From a virus, in the IMG/VR virus record IMGVR_UViG_3300045988_020405: a stretch of 17,746 bases of DNA, one strand, 5' to 3'. The notes under the pieces are model-generated. The model ran no database searches, had not been told where the DNA came from, and was given only the letters and a program-made list of their open reading frames with translations. Below are positions 5,234 through 13,348 of this stretch, piece after piece; within the stretch, counting starts at the first letter, position 1; each line of letters starts with the position of its first letter. A program made the translations under genes and the position numbers.

Positions 5234-6967
5234 ATGCCAACCACTCCAGTGGTGACGCCGAAACAGCAGTTGCGACCGCTCACCGAATTCAACAACGCGC
5301 AGATTCTCAATATGATTCGCAACGAGGCATCCCCCGAATATCAGAGGCGTATGCCCTCGGCCACCCAAATGAACATGGACAGGCAGATGGCCACCCTCAT
5401 GTCATCCACCCAGCTAAAGAACGAGTTCTACTCGGCTCTGGTGAACCGTATCGGCGGCACCTACGTGAACACATGGCGGTGGAACAATCCGCTAAGTGTT
5501 TTCCAACGTGCGTCTCAGATGTATGGGGACACGTGGCAGGAAATCGCCGTAGGTATGCCGCTCGCACAGGTGTACGACCCCGACGCGGAATACTTGGGCG
5601 CGGACAACTTCCGTAAGTGGAAAATCGATGTGGATTCGCTCTACCATCGTCTGGACTTTGCTCACTGGTATCCCGCGACTACGGATGACAAGACGCTCCA
5701 GCGCGCTTTCACCTCCGAAACCGGCCTAGCCTCGCTCACCTCGCAGATTCTCACCTCCTGCTATAATGCCGCCGAGGTTGACTTGTTTGAGGCCATGTGC
5801 CACCAGTTCGTCGAGTATGCGAAACTCGGCGGATACTGGCGCGTGCACATGACCAATGATTTGAACAACATGGGCAGTTCGGAAACCGACGCGCGCGACA
5901 TGTTGCGCCAGATTCGCGCATGGGCTGACACGCTGAAGTTCGTGTCCACCCGGTACAATGCGCGTCATATGCCGACGTTTGCCCGCCCGGATGAGCTTGT
6001 GTTGTTCTGTTCGCCTGAAGTCAAGTCGGCGCTTGATGTTCAGGGTCTGGCCACGGTGTTCCAGCGCACGGACGCAGAACCGACCATTGACCGGATTATC
6101 GTCATTCCGCAGGACAGGTTTGGCATGGACGGCGTGCAAGCCATCCTCACCACTGATAAATTCCTCATTGACATCCCCGTCATTAATGAGATGACCCAGC
6201 AGACGAACCCGGTTAACATCAATTCGGTCAACCATTACCTGCACGTCCAGCACATTATCAGCGTGTCCGGCTTCGCCCCCGCCGTCATGTTCTGGACGGG
6301 CGCGGGTTCCACTGCCAACGTGGTGCCGCCTACCGGCACGACAGCCCAGACGCCGACCTTCCAACTTAAACTCGCCATGTACGGCGGCGGCTCGACCACG
6401 CCAACAAATGTGGCGCGTGGCGGCGCTGTGCAGGTCACTGCCGATACGACCATCACTAATGATGATACGGCTACGTTCCGGTCGGATGCTGTCGAGTACG
6501 CCATCGGTGATACCTCCAAGCCGAAGAGTGATTACACGTACATTTCGCCTACCGGCGTGCTGGTGGTCGGCCTTGATGAGCCGAACACCACTATTCCGAT
6601 TACCGCGACCGCGCTGTATACGAACCCGACGACACCGGAAGTGCCGTGCGCCGTGTCCGCCGCCCTGAGCGTGCCGGTGGTCGGTGATGGTGTCATCGGA
6701 TTCAACCCGTCGATTATCGCATCCATTGCCGTGACCATCCCGGCAGTGACCGTGAACCATGCGGCACAGGCGACCGCTACGGCGACCATGATTGACGGCC
6801 GAACCGCCGACGTGACTGCACAGGCCGCATGGACTTCAGGCACCCCAGCCAACGCCACCGTATCCGAGTCGGGTGTTGTTACGGGCGTCAAGGCAGGCAC
6901 ATCCGATATCACCGCCACGCTGTTCGGCGTATCCGGCAAGAAGGGCGTGACCGTGACAGTCCCCTAA
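5234..6967 (+). CDS. Major capsid protein (phi29 gp8-like) with C-terminal Ig-like (Big_2-type) domain
   Basis: ATG 5234 follows AGGAAGGA. SQILTSCYNAAEVDLFEAM aligns with remembered gp8 SSIINAIYNSAEVDEYEYM, and SALVNRIGGTYV aligns with TSLVDRIGLVVI. The C-terminus ATVSESGVVTGVKAGTSDITATLFGVSGKKGVTVTV is Big_2-like. Confidence 0.92.
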   Translation: MPTTPVVTPKQQLRPLTEFNNAQILNMIRNEASPEYQRRMPSATQMNMDRQMATLMSSTQLKNEFYSALVNRIGGTYVNTWRWNNPLSVFQRASQMYGDTWQEIAVGMPLAQVYDPDAEYLGADNFRKWKIDVDSLYHRLDFAHWYPATTDDKTLQRAFTSETGLASLTSQILTSCYNAAEVDLFEAMCHQFVEYAKLGGYWRVHMTNDLNNMGSSETDARDMLRQIRAWADTLKFVSTRYNARHMPTFARPDELVLFCSPEVKSALDVQGLATVFQRTDAEPTIDRIIVIPQDRFGMDGVQAILTTDKFLIDIPVINEMTQQTNPVNINSVNHYLHVQHIISVSGFAPAVMFWTGAGSTANVVPPTGTTAQTPTFQLKLAMYGGGSTTPTNVARGGAVQVTADTTITNDDTATFRSDAVEYAIGDTSKPKSDYTYISPTGVLVVGLDEPNTTIPITATALYTNPTTPEVPCAVSAALSVPVVGDGVIGFNPSIIASIAVTIPAVTVNHAAQATATATMIDGRTADVTAQAAWTSGTPANATVSESGVVTGVKAGTSDITATLFGVSGKKGVTVTVP

Positions 6968-6982
6968 TCTGCGATATAATAA

Positions 6983-7012
6983 AAGGGAGTGTTTCACGTG
7001 AAACACTCCCTT
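6983..7012 (+). terminator. 30-bp perfect palindrome (copy 3 of GTTTCACGTGAAAC); terminator-like hairpin after the capsid gene
   Basis: AAGGGAGTGTTTCAC|GTGAAACACTCCCTT begins 16 nt after the capsid stop and is followed by CTTTAT. Confidence 0.6.
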
Positions 7013-7030
7013 CTTTATGAAAGGGATAGT

Positions 7031-9280
7031 ATGCTGAGAGATATCAACCCTAACGTCGAGGCGACGTTTAACTGGGCTCAATGGACGCCCAACACGTCGC
7101 TGAAACTCTGTAACGTGCCGTGGGATAGCAGTTACCGTGACCTAGCCCGGTTCGAATCACCGCAGAAACAACAGGAATGGTTCGACCGACGGCCCGGCAT
7201 TGACAGGGTGCATGGAGTCATGCACATGTTCGGTCAACCCGTGCGCGTCGAACTGCCATTTAACGAGGCGTCCAACTACAACTATGTCGTGGTGTATAAC
7301 GATTACCCCGACTTGGAGACGCCACGGTATTGGTATTATTTCATCAACCACGTGGATTACATCAATGCGTACACTACTCAGCTCACTGTACAGTTGGACG
7401 TTTGGCAGTCGTTCCAGCATGTGCTTAGGTTTGGTTCATGCTATGTGGTGCGAGGCCATATCGGCATTGCCAACGAAAACCAGATGACCGATTATGGTCG
7501 CAGTTATCTCGCACTACCCGAAGGGCTGGACACCGGTAGCGAAATGGTGACGGTAAACCAACAGTACAAGTCTCTTATCAGCATGGACGGGAAAAATCTG
7601 AATTACGGCGTAATAGTCGTGAGCACGGTAGATTTGTCAGCGGACGCGGGCAGTCAGGAAAAACCGTCTCTCACTACTGCGGGCGGCTCTCTGTTTGAGA
7701 ACATGGCTAACGGTGCTGAAATACTGTACTTTAAGGATATCCAGTCTATCCAAGTGTTTATGGGAGTGGGCTCTACTTTTTCATGGATAACACAGGGTAT
7801 TGTAAACATGTACATGATACCCTCTTTAGATGATGACTTTCTTAAGCAATCCGGCTATGTCGTAGATAAGCTGTTTGGGAAAACACTCCCTTCGGAATTA
7901 AATAATCGTATCTACCGTTTCCCCCAGTCAGCCACAAATGCGCCCAGCAGATATGAAGACATTATTACCATTAATGATTTTCGTGATAATTTTAATATCC
8001 CTAAACGTTACAAAAACCTTAAAAAACTCAAATGCTACCCCTATTCTACTGTTGAATGCACTTGCTTGAATGGCACTAATATCACCTATAAGCCCGAAAA
8101 TATCCAAAGCGATAATCTGGTTATTAGAGAGGTGCATAATTACGCGCCCAATGGCGCGCGCTTGAACTTTTACCCGGTTGGGTACAATAAGGCGGGTGCA
8201 AGCGAGATTGCTCCTCTTGATAAAAACAATGGGTTGCCCATTGATAGCGGGGAAATGTTGGACGCCGCGTTTGGCATCAGCAATTTCCCTCAATTTGTGA
8301 TAGTCAACAATGGCGCTCAGTTGGCAATGGCAAACAGTGCCTACACTCGTTCCTACAGTCAACAGTCCGCTGGCTGGGCGTACCAAAAAGCGCAGATGGG
8401 CATCAGCCAGTCTCTTGCGGCCACGGCCATGCAAAACCAGTACAATACCCAAGCCAACAAACTCGCTATCGGCAACCGCAACGCCAATAACGCGATACAA
8501 GCAACCTCGCTTAACACCAGTCTGGACAACACGACATATATCAACAATCAGCGAGCTGACCTCGCACAGCTGAATAACGTGGTTAACGGCGTGGTCGGGG
8601 TGGCGGGTAACGCCGCTTCGGGCAATATCGGGGGCGCGGTATCGGCATTAGGCGGCGCGGTCATGAATGGCGTCAACACTGAAGCAAACCGCAGTATCAA
8701 CAATACCGCCGCCCAACTTTCCACGGCGAACTCGCTGAGTACCAACGCGGCCACAACAAGTCAGGCCAACACATACGGCTCTCAGACTACAGCGCTTTCA
8801 AACCAGTTGGCCCAAAATATGGCGGATATGAACGCGGATTACGCGCAACGTTCCGCGTTCGGAGACTATCAAAACACCATTGCGGGCATCAATGCACAGG
8901 TACAGCAGATGCAATTAACACCCCCGACCACATCCGGTGCCATCGGCGGAGACGGTTTTAACCTCGCAAACGGTATTGTCGGGGTGTTGGTTCGATTTAA
9001 GACGTGCGCACCCTCAGCTCTGCGGAGCGTCGGAGAGTACATGTTGCGTTACGGGTATTTTATCCAGCGTTTCATCACGCCGCCGCAATCGCTGGAATGT
9101 ATGACAAAATTCACCTACTGGCAGATGCAGGAGTGTTACGTGCGAGGTGATTTGCCCGAGCAGTATCGGCAGACCATTAAAGGCGTGTTCGAGTCTGGGG
9201 CTACTATATGGACTAACCCGGACGATATCGGCGTGACCGATTGGGCGGATAACGACCCATTGCCGGGCATTTCATTCTAG
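7031..9280 (+). CDS. Tail knob protein (phi29 gp9-like)
   Basis: ATG 7031 is preceded by AAGGGA at 5-nt spacing. YWYYFINHVDYINAYTTQLTVQLDVWQSF aligns with remembered gp9 [30 protein letters not shown]. The C-terminus YGYFIQRF...GATIWTNPDDIG aligns with YGYKINRV...GITLWHTDNIG. There is a Gly/Ala-rich hydrophobic loop. Confidence 0.9.
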   Translation: MLRDINPNVEATFNWAQWTPNTSLKLCNVPWDSSYRDLARFESPQKQQEWFDRRPGIDRVHGVMHMFGQPVRVELPFNEASNYNYVVVYNDYPDLETPRYWYYFINHVDYINAYTTQLTVQLDVWQSFQHVLRFGSCYVVRGHIGIANENQMTDYGRSYLALPEGLDTGSEMVTVNQQYKSLISMDGKNLNYGVIVVSTVDLSADAGSQEKPSLTTAGGSLFENMANGAEILYFKDIQSIQVFMGVGSTFSWITQGIVNMYMIPSLDDDFLKQSGYVVDKLFGKTLPSELNNRIYRFPQSATNAPSRYEDIITINDFRDNFNIPKRYKNLKKLKCYPYSTVECTCLNGTNITYKPENIQSDNLVIREVHNYAPNGARLNFYPVGYNKAGASEIAPLDKNNGLPIDSGEMLDAAFGISNFPQFVIVNNGAQLAMANSAYTRSYSQQSAGWAYQKAQMGISQSLAATAMQNQYNTQANKLAIGNRNANNAIQATSLNTSLDNTTYINNQRADLAQLNNVVNGVVGVAGNAASGNIGGAVSALGGAVMNGVNTEANRSINNTAAQLSTANSLSTNAATTSQANTYGSQTTALSNQLAQNMADMNADYAQRSAFGDYQNTIAGINAQVQQMQLTPPTTSGAIGGDGFNLANGIVGVLVRFKTCAPSALRSVGEYMLRYGYFIQRFITPPQSLECMTKFTYWQMQECYVRGDLPEQYRQTIKGVFESGATIWTNPDDIGVTDWADNDPLPGISF

Positions 9281-9289
9281 TGCTATACT
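9281..9289 (+). promoter_or_regulatory. Extended -10 TGcTATACT placed 6 nt before the portal ATG (leaderless geometry)
   Basis: TGCTATACT (9281-9289), then AGAGAC, then ATG 9296. TTGCCG (9260-9265) lies 18 nt upstream of the -10. The portal gene has no good SD. Confidence 0.35.
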
Positions 9290-9295
9290 AGAGAC

Positions 9296-10252
9296 ATGTC
9301 TAGGTCGAGGAAAAATCAGAATCGTAGGGGCGGCGCGTTGCACCCGCGTGGCAATTACGCCAAGGCACGCGCCGCCAGCCTTGACGCAATGTATTATCAC
9401 CTGTTGACTGAACTGGCACTGAACCGGTTCAGTTGGCGGGGGCTACCGCCAACCGTGGATGAACGATGGCTGGAAATGTGTCTCTGCGAATACGGGTGCG
9501 CGCTCTTCTTCGAAGACAAACGCATAGGTCGGTTCCTCGCTACGCAAGCCGGTTATCAAGGCCGATTGAACGTGTATAACAACCCGACGTGCTTCGAGCC
9601 GGTGGGCGTCAACTACCATTACAAGCAACTCAAGGCGGGCCGTGAATGCATCCCGATTTGGGACAATCGTATGCGCATGAGTTTCAAAGATATCTTATGG
9701 CAGTATGCGAGACGCCTCGCCGACATTGACAAGGCATATGACGTGAACTTGGAGAGCCTGAAACTGCCAACCATCATCACCGCCGACCCGCGCACCAAGC
9801 TCACCGTACAGAACATGCTACAACAGCGGCAGGATGGGCAGGATTATATCATCGGATACGATTCACTCGACCCCGGTAGCATGTTCCAACCGTGGCCCAA
9901 CACCACCCCCTATCTGCTGGACAAGTTCATCCAGCAAAAAACGCAGGTGACCAACGAGGTGCTGGGCTATTTGGGCATCCAGTCCAGTGGTACCGAGAAA
10001 AAAGAGCGGCTCATTTCTGATGAGGTGGCGCAAGCCAACGAGAAGGTAGACGTGTTCCGATTGAGTTTTCTCAAGGCGCGACAGACTGCGGCAACCGAGA
10101 TTAACCGATTGTGGCCGCAACTTAACATCTGGGTAGAGTACGCGGACGCGCAAAGCTCCGGTGTGCCGAACGCGCTGGACTCCAGCGCAAGCGGCACGAC
10201 GGATATTGATATGCCCGCCTCGTATGACGCGGGTATCGGAGGTGTATTGTAA
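9296..10252 (+). CDS. Portal / upper collar connector (phi29 gp10-like)
   Basis: FSWRGLPPTVDERWLE aligns with remembered gp10 FEWENLPPTINPSFLE, and LGIQSSGTEKKERLISDEV aligns with LGIKNANLEKKERMVTDEV. It is 318 aa vs 309 aa. The N-terminus is Arg/Lys-rich. Confidence 0.93.
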   Translation: MSRSRKNQNRRGGALHPRGNYAKARAASLDAMYYHLLTELALNRFSWRGLPPTVDERWLEMCLCEYGCALFFEDKRIGRFLATQAGYQGRLNVYNNPTCFEPVGVNYHYKQLKAGRECIPIWDNRMRMSFKDILWQYARRLADIDKAYDVNLESLKLPTIITADPRTKLTVQNMLQQRQDGQDYIIGYDSLDPGSMFQPWPNTTPYLLDKFIQQKTQVTNEVLGYLGIQSSGTEKKERLISDEVAQANEKVDVFRLSFLKARQTAATEINRLWPQLNIWVEYADAQSSGVPNALDSSASGTTDIDMPASYDAGIGGVL

Positions 10253-10485
10253 TGATGACTTGTGACACTATGGTAAGACTTGTGTCTGAAATGTATGAAA
10301 TCGCCAATAAAATCAGTAAGGCGGAAGAAGCTATGGATAGCTATGAAAACGGGGGCTTGTCCATGTCCGACCAATCTGCGGAGCTACTGAGAAAACAAGT
10401 TGTTGCAATGAAAACATATCATGATATCGTCGCCGCACGTATTAGCCACCAAACGGGAGAAGCCACGTATGGTACAGAGTTTTAG
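10252..10485 (+). CDS. Hypothetical small protein (77 aa), predicted helical
   Basis: Its ATG overlaps the portal stop (TAATG), with SD GGAGGTG 7 nt upstream. I know of no phi29 counterpart between genes 10 and 11. Confidence 0.5.
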   Translation: MMTCDTMVRLVSEMYEIANKISKAEEAMDSYENGGLSMSDQSAELLRKQVVAMKTYHDIVAARISHQTGEATYGTEF

Positions 10486-11263
10486 CGCCTATGCGATGAC
10501 AACGCCCGGCGAGTACACCGAAACTCTCGGCAATCTCATTGCATTCGGATACGACACGGACGCCAGACTGCACCTCAGCGCCGACTATTACCCGATTTAC
10601 GATGAGAGCCATCGCACTGAGTTGAACGAGAAAATCATCCGCCATTACGCGCTTAGGGAGATTGGTCAGGAAACCGCCCAACAATTCATCTTCTACTTGG
10701 GTATGACGATGGCGGAAATCATGCCATATTTTAATGAGCGCTACAGGACGCTAGCGTTGAAATATGACCCATTGAACACTATGGAAATGGTCAGTGAAAG
10801 CCTGTCCAATACTGTAGCCCAGTCCAGCGGCAAAACCAGCGCCTCTCAGGATAGTGCGACCCGAAGCTCCTCGGACGGCACCAGTTCGAGTAGCACCAAG
10901 TCCCAGTCCTACGACTCGGAAGTGCCCGCAACCGGCGTGCAAGGTGATTTTGCTCGATACGCGACTCATGCCAATCAGGCGCAAGCGGATACGGACGGCA
11001 GTAGCCATAGCACGCAAGATACCTCCTCTCAGTCCCATAGTACATCCAGCACGGAATGGCAACACGACGCTACAGATGGGAGCACCAAATCCCACACGTC
11101 GGGCCGCTCCCAGTCCGCCATGAGCCTGATACAGGAGTACCGACAGGCCATCATCAACGTGGATATGGAAATCGTGCGGAGCCTCGAACCGTGTTTCATG
11201 CAAGTATGGGGGTCTTATGATACAATTTTCAGCAACTGCCATAACTACGGAGAATGGGAGTAA
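10469..11263 (+). CDS. Lower collar protein (phi29 gp11-like)
   Basis: ATG 10469 is preceded by GGGAGAAG at 7-nt spacing. It follows the portal gene. YPIYDESHRTELNEKIIRHYALREIGQET...EIMPYFNERY matches the lower-collar family pattern as I remember it. It has a Ser/Thr/Gln-rich central region. Confidence 0.65.
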   Translation: MVQSFSAYAMTTPGEYTETLGNLIAFGYDTDARLHLSADYYPIYDESHRTELNEKIIRHYALREIGQETAQQFIFYLGMTMAEIMPYFNERYRTLALKYDPLNTMEMVSESLSNTVAQSSGKTSASQDSATRSSSDGTSSSSTKSQSYDSEVPATGVQGDFARYATHANQAQADTDGSSHSTQDTSSQSHSTSSTEWQHDATDGSTKSHTSGRSQSAMSLIQEYRQAIINVDMEIVRSLEPCFMQVWGSYDTIFSNCHNYGEWE

Positions 11264-11265
11264 TC

Positions 11266-11901
11266 ATGGTTGCCATTAACGCGCCGATTCCACAGCAACG
11301 CCTGTTTGACGGGGTGCCCACGTCCGTTCCGTTCACCTATCGGGATGGGTTGACCACGCTGCAATTGATTGAATGTCTTCGCCACAATCTTGATGCCCTC
11401 CAATGCGATTTGAGCAAGCTGGAAGAGTACACCACCGACTTTAAGGCATCCATAGACAAGACTCTTGCGGATACCGTGGCGCAAGTTAACAAGTCCATGT
11501 CCGATTTACGCGCGGAACTACTGGCCCTGATTGGTGAGATGAAACAGCAGGGCGTAGCAACCTCCCCAGTGTACGGGGTCACGCAGCCGCTCGGGGACGT
11601 GCTTGGCGGCATATATGACAATGCGCGCAATCATGGGTTATTCTGGGGTGATTACGATGACATGCAGTTAACCGCTCAGGAGTATGACGGGCTTATCCTC
11701 AAGGCACGCGAATATGATTTACGCGCCACCGCCGTGGATAATTGCGTCCCCGGCGATTTTCCGGGACGCTCGCAATTCCCCTATGGGAAATCCATGCCCG
11801 AGAATCCACCCGCCGACATGGCATATATCACGCAATCAGAGGCGGACGCGCGCTATGTCGAACGCAATCCGACCGCCGACAATTTCGATAATAAGGAGTA
11901 G
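11266..11901 (+). CDS. Tail appendage/fibre-associated structural protein (function uncertain)
   Basis: ATG 11266 is preceded by GGGAG at 5-nt spacing. It has a coiled-coil-like N-terminal half and a fibre-type motif, TQSEADARY, near the C-terminus. It sits between the lower collar and the fibres. Confidence 0.45.
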   Translation: MVAINAPIPQQRLFDGVPTSVPFTYRDGLTTLQLIECLRHNLDALQCDLSKLEEYTTDFKASIDKTLADTVAQVNKSMSDLRAELLALIGEMKQQGVATSPVYGVTQPLGDVLGGIYDNARNHGLFWGDYDDMQLTAQEYDGLILKAREYDLRATAVDNCVPGDFPGRSQFPYGKSMPENPPADMAYITQSEADARYVERNPTADNFDNKE

Positions 11902-11903
11902 CA

Positions 11904-12320
11904 ATGACCGCAACCAACCATACCGCAAACTATAATCTAAGCCAGTTCGCCGGTGCCGACCGCCCCACGTGGCTCGGTGACTATAACGGCGACATGGCTA
12001 AGATTGATGCCCAACTGAAGAAGAACGCGGACGCCATCGCATCCGGCACAGGCGGGCTTAAGACCGTGGCGCACACCACCGACCTCACCGGTGACGGCAC
12101 GACCGGCTCCCCGCTGGGCGTGGCGGCCACTATCGCCAAGAAAACCGACATCCCGGACGTGCGAGGCTTCGCCACCACCAGCGCCCTCACCTCGGGACTT
12201 GCGGGCAAGGTCGATAAAACCGCTTCACAGCCCACCACGCTCGGATTGACGGCGGCTGAGCTTGACTCCATGTACAAGGACGCAAACGGCATCGTCCGCG
12301 TCGGCACCCCCGCGAAATAG
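11904..12320 (+). CDS. Short tail fibre protein (paralogue A)
   Basis: SD AAGGAG. The N-terminal NYNLSQF..DRPTWLGDYNGDMAKIDAQ motif is shared with the next ORF and is typical of phage fibre N-terminal anchor domains. Confidence 0.6.
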   Translation: MTATNHTANYNLSQFAGADRPTWLGDYNGDMAKIDAQLKKNADAIASGTGGLKTVAHTTDLTGDGTTGSPLGVAATIAKKTDIPDVRGFATTSALTSGLAGKVDKTASQPTTLGLTAAELDSMYKDANGIVRVGTPAK

Positions 12321-12335
12321 AAAGGAAAAACGATA

Positions 12336-13268
12336 ATGTCCACTACACAGCACACCGGACACTATAATCTGCCAACGTTCGGCGACAGTCCGAACGACCG
12401 GCCGTCATGGCGCGGTGATTTTACCGACGCGATGACTAAAATCGATAATCAGATGTACGCCAACGCAACCAACACCACCACGGCAACGGCGGCGGCGAAC
12501 AATGCTAAGGCGGCGGCGGACGCGGCCAAGAAATCGGCCGATAACGCGGCAGGGCTTGCGCAAGCCAACAAGACCGACATTGCAGAGCAGGCATCCTACT
12601 TCAACGCGCTCGGTATCACGTCGGTGCCGACCGCGCGGAACCTTAAAGACACCATCAACGGCAAGGCGGAGAACACCGCACTTCAGGCGCTTCAGGGCAC
12701 CGTGTCAGGCTTGTCCGACAGCCTCAACGGCAAGGCGAACAGTAGTGAAGTGTATTCCAGAGCTCAGGCGGACACGACGTTTACCAAGCAGGGCGGATAC
12801 TCGGGCACCGCACAGCAAATCCACACTGAAGCGACAAACGCGACGGAATCGGCGGCGAACGTACAGAAGGAACTAACCAGCCTGAAAACCTCGGGACAGT
12901 CACCGGTTGCAGTGATTCAGCGAGTTAACGTGTTGACTAGTCATTTTTCTAACGTATCATGGACGGTATATTACTCACCGCTGTCAAAGTTCGTTAACAT
13001 CATGGTTCGTTTCGGTTCGGTAGATGGGCGCACCAACGCTAAATGTACGTCGAACGTGACCTCCGGTTCCCTTACCATCGGGACAATTCCGGCAGAATAT
13101 CGACCGGAAGGCTTTATGAACTCCTATTCATTCACGGTCGGTAACAGCTCCGGCCCATGCAACGTTAGTGTCAACGCTGAAGGGGTTGTATCCTTTTACT
13201 GTCAGGGGTCAATTGCGCCAAACGCTCAAGTGAAAGAGACACCACACCTCTCTTATTTTGTAATCTGA
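12336..13268 (+). CDS. Tail fibre / receptor-binding protein (paralogue B)
   Basis: SD GAAAGGA. It has the same N-terminal motif (HYNLPTF..DRPSWRGDFTDAMTKIDNQ), an Ala-rich coiled shaft, fibre repeats (SEVYSRAQADTTF) and a beta-rich C-terminal head. Confidence 0.65.
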   Translation: MSTTQHTGHYNLPTFGDSPNDRPSWRGDFTDAMTKIDNQMYANATNTTTATAAANNAKAAADAAKKSADNAAGLAQANKTDIAEQASYFNALGITSVPTARNLKDTINGKAENTALQALQGTVSGLSDSLNGKANSSEVYSRAQADTTFTKQGGYSGTAQQIHTEATNATESAANVQKELTSLKTSGQSPVAVIQRVNVLTSHFSNVSWTVYYSPLSKFVNIMVRFGSVDGRTNAKCTSNVTSGSLTIGTIPAEYRPEGFMNSYSFTVGNSSGPCNVSVNAEGVVSFYCQGSIAPNAQVKETPHLSYFVI

Positions 13269-13293
13269 TACCAACCTAACACCCCGCAGCCTC

Positions 13294-13339
13294 ATGTTTC
13301 ACGTGAAACATACCCCGTCCGGTACTCCGGGCGGGGTAT
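13294..13339 (+). terminator. Tandem hairpins after the fibre gene (copy 4 of the palindrome plus a GC-rich stem-loop)
   Basis: An 18-bp palindrome, ATGTTTCAC|GTGAAACAT, spans 13294-13311. It is followed by a stem 13310-13322 / 13327-13339 (13 pairs, one G-U) with loop TACT. Confidence 0.55.
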
Positions 13340-13348
13340 ACTAATACT

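Noticed and set aside
5726-6760. A 344-aa minus-strand ORF inside the capsid gene. Similar cases are 2477-3316 (-), 13485-14027 (-) and 10751-11242 (-).
   Set aside because: These are shadow ORFs typical of GC-rich coding DNA. Their translations are Arg/Gly/His-rich, and they lie opposite genes with clear phi29 homology or strong domain signatures.
6989-7030. The ORF-track start (GTG 6989, MFHVKHSLLYERDS...) for the tail knob gene.
   Set aside because: These codons are the right half of the 30-bp terminator palindrome. The ATG at 7031 has a proper AAGGGA RBS, and similarity to gp9 begins after it.
7001-7893. A 13-bp exact direct repeat, AAACACTCCCTTC, at 7001-7013 and 7881-7893.
   Set aside because: In 17.7 kb, about one or two chance 13-mer coincidences are expected, and the flanks do not match.
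11904-13268. The possibility that the two fibre genes are the template and variable repeats of a diversity-generating retroelement.
   Set aside because: There is no reverse transcriptase gene in the genome. Nucleotide similarity between the two genes is limited to the short N-terminal motif, and I saw no adenine-specific mismatch pattern.
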